NCBI RefSeq assembly: GCF_001194135.2
Contig: NC_068986.1
Location: 38,995,793 to 39,059,792 of the forward strand
Source: Octopus bimaculoides
Taxonomy: Eukaryota
Length of the DNA stretch: 64,000 bases
Direction of reading: 5' to 3'
In this document: in pieces, positions 14,048 to 26,676 of the stretch
Position numbering within the stretch: position 1 is the stretch's first letter
Layout: every line of letters begins with the position of its first letter
The notes under the pieces: generated by a model
Seen by the model: only the letters and a program-made list of their open reading frames with translations
What the model was told of the DNA's origin: nothing
Database searches by the model: none
Position numbers and translations under genes: made by a program

Positions 14048-15664
14048 TTGTTGAAGAGCGTTGCCTCGAGGTGGCGCTACATGCTCCTGTTCTCCAAGAA
14101 TTTTAACTCGTCCCTCTTCTTCGTTATCGCTGATATCTTAGCCGTTTGTTAACATTTTATTACACAATAATTTAGCATAGAAATAGTAACACACAGACGC
14201 AAAAAAGAAAATATTTCTGTAACGTAAAAATTAAATAAAAATCGTCAAAACAAAAATATGGTTGAACAGTTAACTCGAATCATATCTGTGCAAAGTAGTT
14301 CCATAGTGAATGAATTATGTTTAATTTAATTGAAACTATGTATCAATCAAGGAATGCAATAAGTAAATATTAATACAACTGTATTTTTTAAAAAAACGTT
14401 TAAATTGGAAAACGATTGGCTTTCGTTGAGGATATCCGTATAGCTGACTTATTATTTATTCTTCTCACTAATGAAAATATAAAACATGATATATTTCTAA
14501 TTTCATTTCAGAACATCCCGATTATCCGAGGCTTCAGTAATCCGAATTAGCATTTCACATTTTCCGAGTAAACGAATGAGAATCATTTAAAACTGTTTTA
14601 TTTGTAATTTTTATTATTATTATCTGAATTGCTATATAATTTTAACAGTCGTTGGAAAGACTACTAGACAAACTATAGATGAGGTCATACCCGAAATATT
14701 GTTTGTTTTTAATACATTATTTATGCCTTGTATTTTTGTCTATTATAATATATATTTACGCTACTGTGGACACACATTTCATAACTTGGCGTGTAAGGTT
14801 TGTAAGTTAAAGCTTCTTGTGTTTTGAGTCTAAATTTAATAAGCATGTAATAAAAAGAATGTATCAGATATATAATACTTTATTTAAATGAGGTACTTTC
14901 AATATTTACAAGAAATGTGGAAAACGTCTTGAATATGGAGAAACGGTTAGTGGCAGAGAGAAAAGTGAGGAAATGGCAACAACTTGTTTGATTTTATAAT
15001 TTGTTGGTTGTGATGCCTGATTACAGTTGTATGTTAACTGTTAGAAACTTGTCTACAAAGTCATTTTAATTAATTTCATTCATCAGTATCATAAAAATCA
15101 GAGGACGTTTCGAAACGTAAAACAGTCAACATGTATTCGAAAGAAACACGTGAAAACGTGCGTTGCATGTTCACGTTTTTCGGCTAATGATTATTTGCTT
15201 CTATTTTAGAAAAACTTTTATGAATCCGGACATGGTATATTGTGTAATTTACTGCTCTACATATAAATGGCTTGTGTCGCCAAAAAATTTCACCATATTG
15301 CAATGTCCAATATATTTGAATGAATTAATAATATTCTACCAAAATGCTTGTTGGCAGTTGGAGCTTTTCGGGAAGTTTTGTCAAAAACGCGATGCTTTAC
15401 TCATACTGGCAAACTCGCTCTAGAACGTTGTACTTTAAAGAAAAACGCATTTCTTTTGAAAAGCCGTTTAAATGCAGAATTCCATAGGGGCATTACGCGT
15501 CCCTATTCATTCCCGGTCATAACGGTACACATTGCAAAACTTTCACTAGTTAAAAGATCACGAAGAAAGTTGAAATTCACATATCGCTTCTGTGGAAATA
15601 CAGAGACCAATATATTCAGTTTTAGGTATATATAAGCTAGTTTTACATTTTGTACTTCGTACTT

Positions 15665-16042
15665 GGGTAGAGACGGACTATATGTAATCTGAACCTTTCC
15701 CCCCTTTATTTATTTTTTTTTTTTTTACGGAATCCCACGTTTAAGGCTATGGAGATTCCGATTCTGAAAAAAAATTGTTTGAAAAATTTCAATTCCCCCC
15801 CCCCCACCAAGCAGGCTATTTACATGCTAGAAATAACAGCCAAATCTCACAAAACTAGTGTTAGGGTTAGGTTTACCCTGTGGATCTATATAAAAACCGG
15901 GGGTGGGGATCGAAATTTTGAAATTGAGATTTTTGAAAATTTTTTTTCAGAATCGGAATCTCCATAGCCTAAAACGTGGGATTCCGTTAAAAAAAAAAAT
16001 GAGTGGGGAAAGGTTCAGATTACATATAGTCCATCTGGACCC
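15665..16042. mobile_element. Fold-back MITE with arms of ~110 bp
   Basis: GGGTAGAGACGGACTATATGTAATCTGAACCTTTCCCC...ATTCCGATTCTGAAAAAAA is mirrored at 15940-16042. Confidence 0.8.
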
Positions 16043-17236
16043 ATACTTGTTCCTGGTAACATTGGAAATCGAAACTGCCGACCAACTTTCTAAAGAATAT
16101 TTTGGTAGTCACTCGCAAAATAGTGTTGAATTATAGCTAATAGTAAAGCACCAGACTAAATACATTAGTTTTTACTTTCCCACGTTGTTCTGCGTTCAAA
16201 TTCCTCTGGAGTCGATGATGCTTTTCATTCCTTTAAAGTGAATTACGTTGTCACTTGAATACACAATTCTAAACTATTCTAAAACAATTACAGTTCATTG
16301 GTATAGATTGCTATTTAGCCACGTCAACTCTAAATGAATAGACCTATGATCAAAAGCACTCTAACAATGACCATTCCATCTTAATTTCAGATATAGTGCA
16401 TCTAGGTCCACATTTTCTAAAGTGACTTCCATTTATTTAAAGACAGTAAAACTTACAGGGTAAGATGTAATTTGAAGGTGATTTGGCTGCACTGTCTAGC
16501 AGGTTGAGAGACTGTATAGAGGCTCCCTCCTAAACAATGAGATGAATGCACAGAAAATAAATTATTGAAAAAAGCACTATTAAAAAGCTATATCTCAAGT
16601 GGTTGTCCATATCTTTGTAGAAAAAAAATGTGTAGCCCAGATCTGCTCTGTGACATGCTGAAAGTCAATTGAAAGACTAAGTAGTGCAATCCACAAATCT
16701 GTTTTTTCAGGATATGTCCATTCCTCCACCTTACTGAAGAGCTGTGGTTATTTACATGGTTTCAAATTTTGGCACAAGGCCAGCAATTTTAAAGAGAGGG
16801 GAGTAGATTTATTACATCAATTTCAGTGTCCTTATTTTATCAACCCTGAAAGGATGACAGGAAAAATCAGAATCTGAACTCAAAATGTAAACAGCTGGGA
16901 AAAATATTGCTAGGCATTTTGCTCAACTTGCTAACTTTCTATCAACTCACTGCTTTAGAATTGTGGTTAATTGTATAGAGTGCAGAGGGACAGTTTGAAT
17001 ACTAGGGGAAAAAATGTTTCAGAACTTGGAAAACAAGTACCAGACTTAAAGAAAGCTGAGCTCTTTCATTTCAGAAATAAATATAAATAAATGGAATTGC
17101 AACTGTAACATCCTACATATATTTTTATTTTTATTCTCTTATTTCCCTTTATACTTCCTACATCCATCCTTTTCCAAAATAACTCCTTATATTGAACTCT
17201 ACTATTTATTTCCCTCTAGTTAACTCTCTCGTATCA

Positions 17237-17282
17237 TCTCTGATGAAGGGATATCCATAATAGCCCAGAAACAGCTGTAAGA
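17237..17282 (+). ncRNA. Minimal type I hammerhead ribozyme-like motif
   Basis: UCU CUGAUGA a GGGAUAU-ccaua-AUAGCCC a GAAA CAGCUG UA AGA: conserved core boxes, 7-bp stem II with one mismatch, palindromic stem III, UH triplet and 3-bp stem I. Confidence 0.6.
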
Positions 17283-17513
17283 CTACCTTTCTCTTTATAA
17301 ATGTCCTATAAATTCCATGCAAACTTGACTTTGTTGTCTCATTTTATTTAACATATGAATAAATTACTAAATATGTATTTATTATTACATCAAGACAACT
17401 ATGAAAAGATGTGAAACAGAAAATTATATAGGTGCAGGCATGGTTATGTGGTTAGAAGTTTGCTTCCCAACAACTTGGTTTTGAGTTCAGTCCCACTGTG
17501 TGATATCTTAGGC

Positions 17514-17706
17514 CAGTGGTTCCCAACCTAGGGTCTGCAGACCCCTGGTGATCTGCAAAGGTAGTACCGGGTGTCTGTGAACTAAATTCAAAATTTCATA
17601 CATATATAATATATCTATATATATATACACATACACACATAAGGATAAGCATATTAAAAGAGTTCTGTGGGAAAATTCATTTAAATAAAAGGGTTGGGAA
17701 CCTCTG
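17514..17706. mobile_element. hAT-type MITE inserted in a SINE
   Basis: TIR CAGTGGTTCCCAACC / GGTTGGGAACCTCTG; 8-bp TSD TCTTAGGC / CCTTAGGC with one mismatch. Confidence 0.85.
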
Positions 17707-20700
17707 CCTTAGGCAATCGTTTTCTACTATAGCCTTAAATCGACTAAAGCCTTGTGAGTGGATTTAGTAGATAGAAACTGGAAGAAGCCCATTATATAAA
17801 TATATATATATATGTGCATGTTTGTGTTGGTCCCCACTTACCATTTGACAACTAGTGTTGGTTTTTTTATATCTCCATAACTTAACAGTTCTGCAGAAAA
17901 TGATCAACAGAAGAAGTAACAGGCTTAGAGGAAGAAAAGAATTGGGTGGGGGGTGGGGGGTCAATATGTTCAGTTTAAACTTTTCAAGGCAGTGCCCCAG
18001 CATGGCCACAGTATAATGACTGAAACAAGTATATGATAATGATAAAGATTTCCTTTAAAGTTTAGGTTAGGTTAAAGTTTTAGATAAAAATGCTTTGTGA
18101 TTAATTAGTGATGAAAATATAAATAAATACTTGTTAACAGTTGTGTTACAGTTGAGATGAGTAAAGCCAATTAAATTGATTCAATGTCCCTTGAGAGAAT
18201 GTCCCAACACATTTTTGCCACATTCTCTCTCACTATTGCTCTCTTTATCTTAGTGACTCACCCACTCTCTTTATCTTACTCTTTAACCCACCCTCCTTTC
18301 TTTTTTCAACTGGAGTATTCATGTATCTACTCTACAGCAAGACACCTGTCACTGTCCATCTATACCCCTCATCTCTCATCAACTGGCACAAAGCTGCCCC
18401 CACTCACTACTACTCCCCCTCCTAGCTGAGGTTTGTCTTGCAAGTTACTTGGTAACCATATCGGTACTGGTGCCTTGTAAAATGCACCAGTGTAGGTTCC
18501 ACATAAAAAGCACCAGTGCTGGTGCCAACCACTTTGCAGTACACTCTGTAAAGTGGTTGGCATTAGGAAGGGCATCCAGCTGTAGAAACCATACCATAAC
18601 AGATAATGGAGCCTGGTGTAGCTCTTGGTCTTACCAGCTCTTGTCAAACTGTCTAACCCATGCCAGCACAGAAAGTGGATGTTAAATGACGACGATGATA
18701 TAACCAGTGATTATTTTATTGTTTGCAAAGGGATAAAAGGAAAATATATTGGTAGCAGGATTCAAATATATGAGCTAGATAGATCAAACTAAACATATAA
18801 TAGTTCAAGGTTCTTGTGATACTGTCAACTTTATCTGTTTTTGTCGATACTAAAATTACAAGAGATCATTTAGTGGGAACAATATGAATACATCACATAT
18901 AACAACGAGGGAAATGTTTTGTAAAACCTTAAATGAGAATCATTAATTTTTAATATAAACCCTACTTCTATAATGATAAAAGCAAAATTCTGTCTGTCCA
19001 TCTGGGACCCTGTTTCTCAGTCTACATTTGCACTACATAGACATATCATATCTTTTTGGAATTAGGTTGATCCTGGGATTGAAAATCTGCCCTTCATTTG
19101 GTTCTTGAACATCCAGCATTGGGATCTGTTTTAAAAACATTTGAGTTGCTATTTCTAGCAGGTAAAGCTTGGTTGATTCTTGGTTGGCATTTGTCAGATG
19201 ACATCAGAGATCAAGGAGGATATAAATAACATTTGCTTCATTAATTTTATGTTGAGATAAGAACTTTGGGACAAATTGGCCAACAGTTGGAATTCAACTT
19301 GGGATTGGAACAATAGAATGATTGCATTACAGAATTAATTCTCCTCAGTCCATCACCTCTGATCAAACACTACTGGAGCATATAGTCATTATGAATATAT
19401 TATAGTCATGCTATTTAGTACCTTTTAGTTTTGGGTCACAGGCCCTAATTAACCCTTCGCAGGAGCTGATTTTAAGCTAGTTTATATTAAATAACATTTA
19501 GCAATCTTAACATGTGATTCAGACTGTTAGCTAGATCTGGCTTAGTAATCTTTAAGCTAGCCCTCAGCTCAATTTATATTAAAAAAAAATTCTAATTTGA
19601 AAATATTCTGTAAAATATATATTGCTAAAGTGCATTCTGAGTTGGAACCTGTCCAGAGTTGTGATTAACAGTGGTTCTGATTAGTCAAGTCTGTACCCCT
19701 GAATAAAATTTTTTATCTCATCCAATGAAACAGAATTTTATGAATCCATATACTAAAAGCTATAGCTTATTTCTCCTTCACTTTGTCTATAAGCAATATA
19801 AGCATTGGTTTTCTCAAGAACTATATGCAATCATTTACACAATTTCTATATCTTCACTCTTAAGATTCCTACTTAATAGTACTATAGACACTATGTAGGT
19901 GAGATTTTTCCTGCACAACTCTGCACAAGCTTTCCTAACATCTCATATTCTTTTCTATCTTTATTATTAATAACGTCGATATAGAATACATATACATGCA
20001 TACATTATGTAATCTTTTACATTTATTATCTGTAACTGGTTTATAGCTAAAAAAAATTGTCTTCTCTATCTAAAAATCACAATTTCTCCATATGCTTCTC
20101 CTGGCATAAAAATCTCAGAAAAGACTGAAGCATTTTGCTTCTTTAGCTTGGTTTAGTGTACGTAGATCATAACCAGATCAAATTTTACAAATAGCTCAAA
20201 AAGAAATAAACAATTCTCACTGTGTGGCATCAACAATGTTTCTGAAGTTATGAAAGCCAAATTGTGTTCAGCTAAATACAAAGTGATGCAATTTACTCTT
20301 TAACATTTTAACTGGCCATATCCAGCCAGAATATTCTACCTGTTTTACATTCAAACTGACCAGATCTAGCCTCTCACACCTACAGTGTTATTCCAAAACT
20401 AAACAATCGCATCATTGAAATATCAAAGCTACACAATAATGCAGGATTAATTCAAAATGATAGGAATAAATAAGCATTTCATTTGGCAGAGTTATCTGAA
20501 TGCTAAAGGGTTAAATATTCCAAAATGTACTCAAGAAGACCTGGCCTACACAGCAGAAGTGTTAAGGCTGCTCCCCATGGTGGAAAGGTTTGGCCTGCAA
20601 GAGTCCCATGCCAGTGCCATGTAAAAGCGCTTGTGCAGTGCCACATTAAAAGCACCCAGCATACACTGTAAAGTGGTTGGCATTAGAAAGGACACTGAGC

Positions 20701-23544
20701 TGTAGAAACCAAGCCAAATCAGGCCGGAACCTGGTACAGCTCTCCAGCTTGCCAGCACCAGTCACATTGTCCAATTCATGCCAACATGGAAAACAGACAT
20801 CAAAGAATGATGATAATGATGATGATGATTTATGCCAATGCTCTGGCTCTTTTTTCTACATGTGACTGTCTGCATCTCTTCATAATAGTTTCATTTGTCT
20901 TTAATTACAGTAGTATCAAGCACCACATCTTAAGATGCTCAAGATGATGCACTAAATTTTCTTGTGATTGCAAATATTCATGAACATACTTCCAATCATT
21001 GATTCCAGATTTTCATAAAGACAACTTATTTGAAAAGCTAGAAACTTGGCAACAAAAGCAAATAAATTTTACTGGTGCTCTCTAAATAAATAAGCCACCT
21101 TCTAAGAAAATATTAATTGTTGTTAATTTTCCAATACATAATTGTGATATTTTTATGTATAAATATATATATTCATATATCATGTGATCAATCAGACTAT
21201 CAGATGTTGTTACACATTGCTGGTTACGATGCACTTTGCATTGTTTTAGCCTTCAAACAATGCCACCCTGTTGGCTAAGCAAACAGGCCAACATTCACCC
21301 TTGATCAAAAGGGGTACTGGAGCAACATCCCACCTGGTCTCGAAATCAAACCCATGATCTGGTGATTGTGAGAGCCATGCCCTAACCCACTAGACTATAC
21401 ACTTTCACACACACACGTTTTCAAACAGTTTCTGTCTACCAACTTCACTTACAAAGTGTTTGTCAGCTTGGGGTCATAGTAGAAGAGACTTGCCCAAGAT
21501 GCTGTCCAGTGGTATTGAACCAGCAACTATTTGGTTGCAAAGTGAGCTTCTTAAACATACAGCTATGCCTGTGTCTCTCATGAAACATTCGCAAAAATCC
21601 AGTTGATCTTGAAGATTTAGCAATATAGTCTTAGAACTGAGATGAGACTCCATAATAGTTTTGTCATATTTGTCCAAATGTAAGATTCTGAAAGCTCATG
21701 AACGATGAAAGGAAATATGATTAAGATCAATGTTTTACACAATGGGTGCCTGGGAAAAGGGATATTCTATCCCTAGAACGTTTCAAGTGAGGGGATGTAC
21801 AGCAAAACTGTTTTTTGAAATAAAACACCTGTGATTCAGACAGCTAGGGTAGGCTACACACTGAGAATGAGCTGGGACAGGATACCAAAGATACCCTGCA
21901 GACTTAGTCCTCAATAGAGATTTCAGGATGAATGTTCAAATCATTTGAGCACTAACAGGTGTTTTCTATATTGAGCATCTGCATCTCATCTCTTAACTCT
22001 ATCTCTGTCTGTCTGTCTATCTCTCTCTCTCTCTCTATATATATAGATATAGATTCTTTTATACTTTTACTTACTTCAGTCATTTTTTACTGTGGCTATG
22101 CTGGAGCACTGCCTTAAAGAATTTTAGTCAAAACAATCGACCCCAGGACTTATTCTTGAAAAGCCTAGTACCTATTATATAGGTCTCTTTTGCTGAAATG
22201 CTGAGTTATGGGGACGTAAACACACTGACATCGGGCACTATTGACAAGCCTTTCTTGTCACATACCTTTTCAGATCAAATCACCCGTCTGAAACCTTACA
22301 AACCATTTTGAACTGGTTCTTTCATTTAAGCAATGTTTCCCATAAACACCATGGATATTTCGAATTGCTTCTGCTGCATCATTGCCTTTTTGTGAACTTA
22401 TAGAGTGTTATATGCCTCAAATTCTCCAAGGTCATATCCATCTTTGAGAGTGGGGGTCAAGAAGTAATTGAATCAGTTTATTATTATGACAAATGCACAA
22501 GGCCATGGTAATATCTACTGCTGCCTTTCAGGTATTTTAAAGTAACAAAGCAATCCAACTTACTATAAAATTTTAAACATTACTTATGAGATGACCTCAT
22601 ACAAAATAGTACCTCCTGATATTTTAAAATGTTTAAGTGAAAAATAGTAAAATTCCAAGGAAACATTGTATGCATTATAAAAAGCAATCTGAAAACGTTG
22701 TACTTAGGCACATAGTGCTTTTTATTCTGAATAAAGAACTAAAGATGAACTTTTGTTTTTGTTTGTTTTTACTAATCCAATATTTTGCAGAAACTAATTT
22801 CACGTGAGTTTTATTTCCATTTCCCCTCAATAATTGACAAAATTCCAGAGCAGCCAACAGTAATGAGCTTGTAAATGACAAGCTCAAATATGCTACTTCA
22901 TTAATAAAAAAATAATTCATTAGAGGTAATATTCGTTACGTCCGTCTCCAGTCAAAGGCCTATCATACACACTGGCAAGCAGAATGAAATGTATTTTTGA
23001 TTACTTTTTCTCAAGAAAACCACTGATTAAAGAGGAAGAAAAACAAAACTGTAAAATGAAGTCAACTATTTGTTTTATCGAAATCGGTCTATTTACAAGA
23101 CTGAATCATCTGTAGACAATTAAATATTTTATTGGAAAAGCACAAAAGCCTTCCCTATTAATCTGTAATGATAAAAATAAAAAAAAGGTGAACGGAAATA
23201 GTCACAGAAAAATGTCATAAATTTCGCTCGGAAAATGTCACGGGAAAAATGTCACATTTCATTTAAATTCAAAAAGTAATAAAGTAATTAAATACTATTT
23301 TAAATCGCTTATTAACTGATAATACATGATATATACACAATGACAAAGCAATTTATATAATGACATTACACATACACGAAAAGAAAAAGCTTCAACAATA
23401 TTTTATTAAAGTTTTGTGTGTGTGTGTGCTTAAACTTTTCTCATTAAAGAAATCATGGTATTTTATAATAAATGGAGCGCAATAATCGAATTGACAAAAG
23501 CCCGTGTTGTTTCTTGTATAATTTAATAATTCTTATACATTATA

Positions 23545-23787
23545 GTTATGTAGGGACTGATAAATAGTACATTATTTACATTTGACGGATATTTGTCCTC
23601 ATCTTGTTTGTTGTTAACGTTTCGGCTGATATATCTTCCAGCTTTCAAGTGTCTTGGGGAAATTTCGAACCTGGGTTCTTATTCTTAAAGTATTTTTCAA
23701 TGTTATTATTATTATTCAGGTCACAGCCTGGAATCGAACTCGGAATTTTAGGATTAGTAGCCCGCGTTCTTAACCACTACGCCATAT
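23545..23787 (-). mobile_element. tRNA-headed SINE-like element with a (TAA)n spacer and a hammerhead-like 3' module
   Basis: Minus strand GGCGTAGTGGTTAAG (A box)...GAGTTCGATTCC (B box), (TAA)4, then GCTGG-loop-TCAGC C GAAA CGTT. Confidence 0.6.
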
Positions 23788-24538
23788 GATAAATAATACT
23801 CGTGATTATATTTCTCAGTGGATCTGTTCAGTTACTGCTTCAGTTGCTTTAAGAAAATCCTGAATATCAGAACATTTTCTTCTCTCATAAACTCTATAAT
23901 GTCAACTTAGATTGTATTTTACTTTTCATAGCAAATGCTTGACGAGTGACTTGAACTAAGATCGTGTATTGAAACGGAAACAATTACGTCGTGGAAGAAT
24001 TGTGATAATAGCTTAAAATCCTACTTATATCATTATATTCACTATATTTTATTTCTTAATAGTATTGTATAGTTTTGGACACTTTCGAATATACAATACT
24101 ATAAAAAAAATTGGCAGTTGGATTAGCAGAATCGTTAGGTCGACTCACATTCTTATAATACATCCTAGATGTAAGTGGAATTGTAATAGAAACATAATAG
24201 TACACAAGTGAATGCCATCAATTTAGAATTCCAATTCACTCTATACCCGAAGATCAAATTCACTATTTTTGTACTGAGTTAAATCTAAAGACTTTTTCTT
24301 TTACTGTTATTGTTAGTTGGATATCTCAGTTGGTCGAGCCTGAAGACATCTAACCCTATGACCCTCTCGGGGGACAGGGGTCCAAGAAAGTGGATGGATG
24401 GATTAATAAAGATAACGCAAGACAGGAAGAGGTTACTCCAACAAGAAGAAAGCAGGAAGACTTTTAAATGGAGTTATCGTTCTTCAAACTTGACGTTGAG
24501 GCAGCGTGGAGAGGAAGTTCATTAATAACAATATAAAC

Positions 24539-24585
24539 ATGGAAAACAAGGATTTCCAAGCATCTGAACTCGGTACTAAAGAATA
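24539..24585 (+). CDS. EEF1AKMT2: EEF1A lysine methyltransferase 2 (METTL10/Efm4), coding exon 1
   Basis: AAC ATG G context; MENKDFQASELGTKE-TA|GTAAGT. The family motif S-x-LGTKEYW is completed by the next exon, with matching phase 2. Confidence 0.88.
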
Positions 24586-26676
24586 GTAAGTATATCCACT
24601 TATCTAACGATTTAATTCATCCCAGTTTCGCTTAATTGCATTCAATATATAGAAAATAACAAATCATAAACATAGACTGCAACTGAAAAGTATTTTATCA
24701 AAATTTAGTTTTGCTTTTCTTTAAATACTTTTGTCTTTTTGACAAAAGAAAAAAAAATCCACCAGAACAAGCACACAAACAAAAACTAATTGAAATCAAG
24801 TCATAATGTCACAGATAAGTGTATAAACCAATTTCTATATTTAAAACAATACATTATAGCATAGTCTATCTATAATGTATGATGCACCTGTAGAACCTTC
24901 GCAAAAAATCTTTTAATGAATATAAAGTATAAAACGTGGGTTGTTGTTGGAAACAATTCGTTTTGGAATTCCATTTGATGGAAACAGGAATTCCAGTGCA
25001 GCTAATAAAATTTTGAGATGTTTCGTTTATAATAACTTACAGCGATTTTCTACAAGTTATGGCAGACCGTTGAAAGCTACATGCAGTTCCTCCCACACAG
25101 TATAGTAGTCTGTTCAGATGATTCATGTTGTTTAACCGCAGGTCAGCCCTGGTCGAGCAGACTATAGATTAAAGGCATTCCAGTCGTCACCATCCCATCT
25201 TTTTCGTAAATGTAAGGAACCAAGAACCACATTATGGAACGCATCTTTTTGTAAAATGATAGGGTGTAAATTTAAGGGCGATATGGCTGCTATTTCTAGC
25301 TGCTCAAGTGACTACGTAAAGGTTCTTTTGATGCGAGACCACCATACTTTTTTTTCATTTTATTTTCATTCAAACATGACTTCAGGATAATGCGAAAAGT
25401 GAGAACCATACCTGATCCCCCCCCCNNNNNNNNNNNNNNNNNNNNNNNNNNNNNNNNNNNNNNNNNNNNNNNNNNNNNNNNNNNNNNNNNNNNNNNNNNN
25501 NNNNNNNNNNNNNNNNNNNNNNNNNNNNNNNNNNNNNNNNNNNNNNNNNNNNNNNNNNNNNNNNNNNNNNNNNNNNNNNNNNNTTTTATTTGCTAATTTG
25601 CAGTGTCTCTGTTGTTCGGAATATTTTACTTACAACTTATATAAGGTCACCGCTTTAGAAATTACAAAATTGACATATTCATTAATCAGTACCAGACTAA
25701 CCGAGTAGCACGAGCCCCGCGTTTTTCAGATCAAATGCTTTATTATTTAAGTATGGATAGTGCCTTCAATTTTATGAACAAGGTATTTGAGGTTGCCTCA
25801 ATATATTTTATGGTCTCGATCCAGCGATTTTACACTCACATCATTACTGTAGTACTATCCTGTATTAAACAAATTACAAGACTCAAGTTGAATGGCAATA
25901 TTTGGATGCTAATTAATAGACTTACCGTTCTATTTCGCAGTATTATACACATCACTTAATAATTTAATTAAAGTATCATTTCCTCATCATTAAGATCAAT
26001 TGAACAAATCAGATTATTATTTAACAGATACCGTGATGCTAACCAATCCTATAAAATCTAGTCGAGATTTTTAAACCGGTAAGAAAAACATTTCATTTAA
26101 CCATATGCCGTTAGGCAAAACGGTAAATGTTTACAAACCGGCAAAACTATAGAACAAATAACAAATTTACATAAATAACGACACAGTTTCAGCGTAAGAC
26201 CACAAAAACAATATTTCGGTATTAGTATATGACATCAGTCATGAGTGTGTCAATGTTTGTTCGGCTCTGTCGAACAGATAAAACACGGTTTCACACATTC
26301 ACTCATGACGTCATAGACTTTTACCGAAAGATTTCCTAAAACCTTATATATTGTATTAGGGAATAATATTTAACTTGTGCATTCTAGTTGTATAAATAAC
26401 AAGTATGAGTGAATTGGCGTAACAGCATATAACGGTACTGTGTACTTTTAAGGTCCCGATATGAGTCGGGGGAGATAATCAAAACAGAATCAGACGAGTA
26501 AGTGTTGTCCCATTCTTAACCCATAAATATTGAATCTTAATTGTTTTACTGATAGATTTGAACCATAATACCTATTTAGACAAATTATGTTCTTCTGATC
26601 TTCATGAGGATCTCCAATTTTAGCCATCTACAACATTAGCAACTTTTATTTTATTGTCTTGTGGCGGTGTACTTTG

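Noticed and set aside
15105-15118. Perfect palindrome ACGTTTCGAAACGT
   Set aside because: Short and isolated; no further structure or function can be supported.
15862-15872. TTAGGGTTAGG telomere-like motif
   Set aside because: Fewer than two full units, inside a MITE; expected by chance.
23726-23785. tRNA gene candidate
   Set aside because: A and B boxes are present but there is no complete acceptor stem or Pol III terminator; treated as a SINE head.
26440-26497. Alternative coding first exon for EEF1AKMT2
   Set aside because: The frame compatible with exon 2 has no ATG before an upstream stop.
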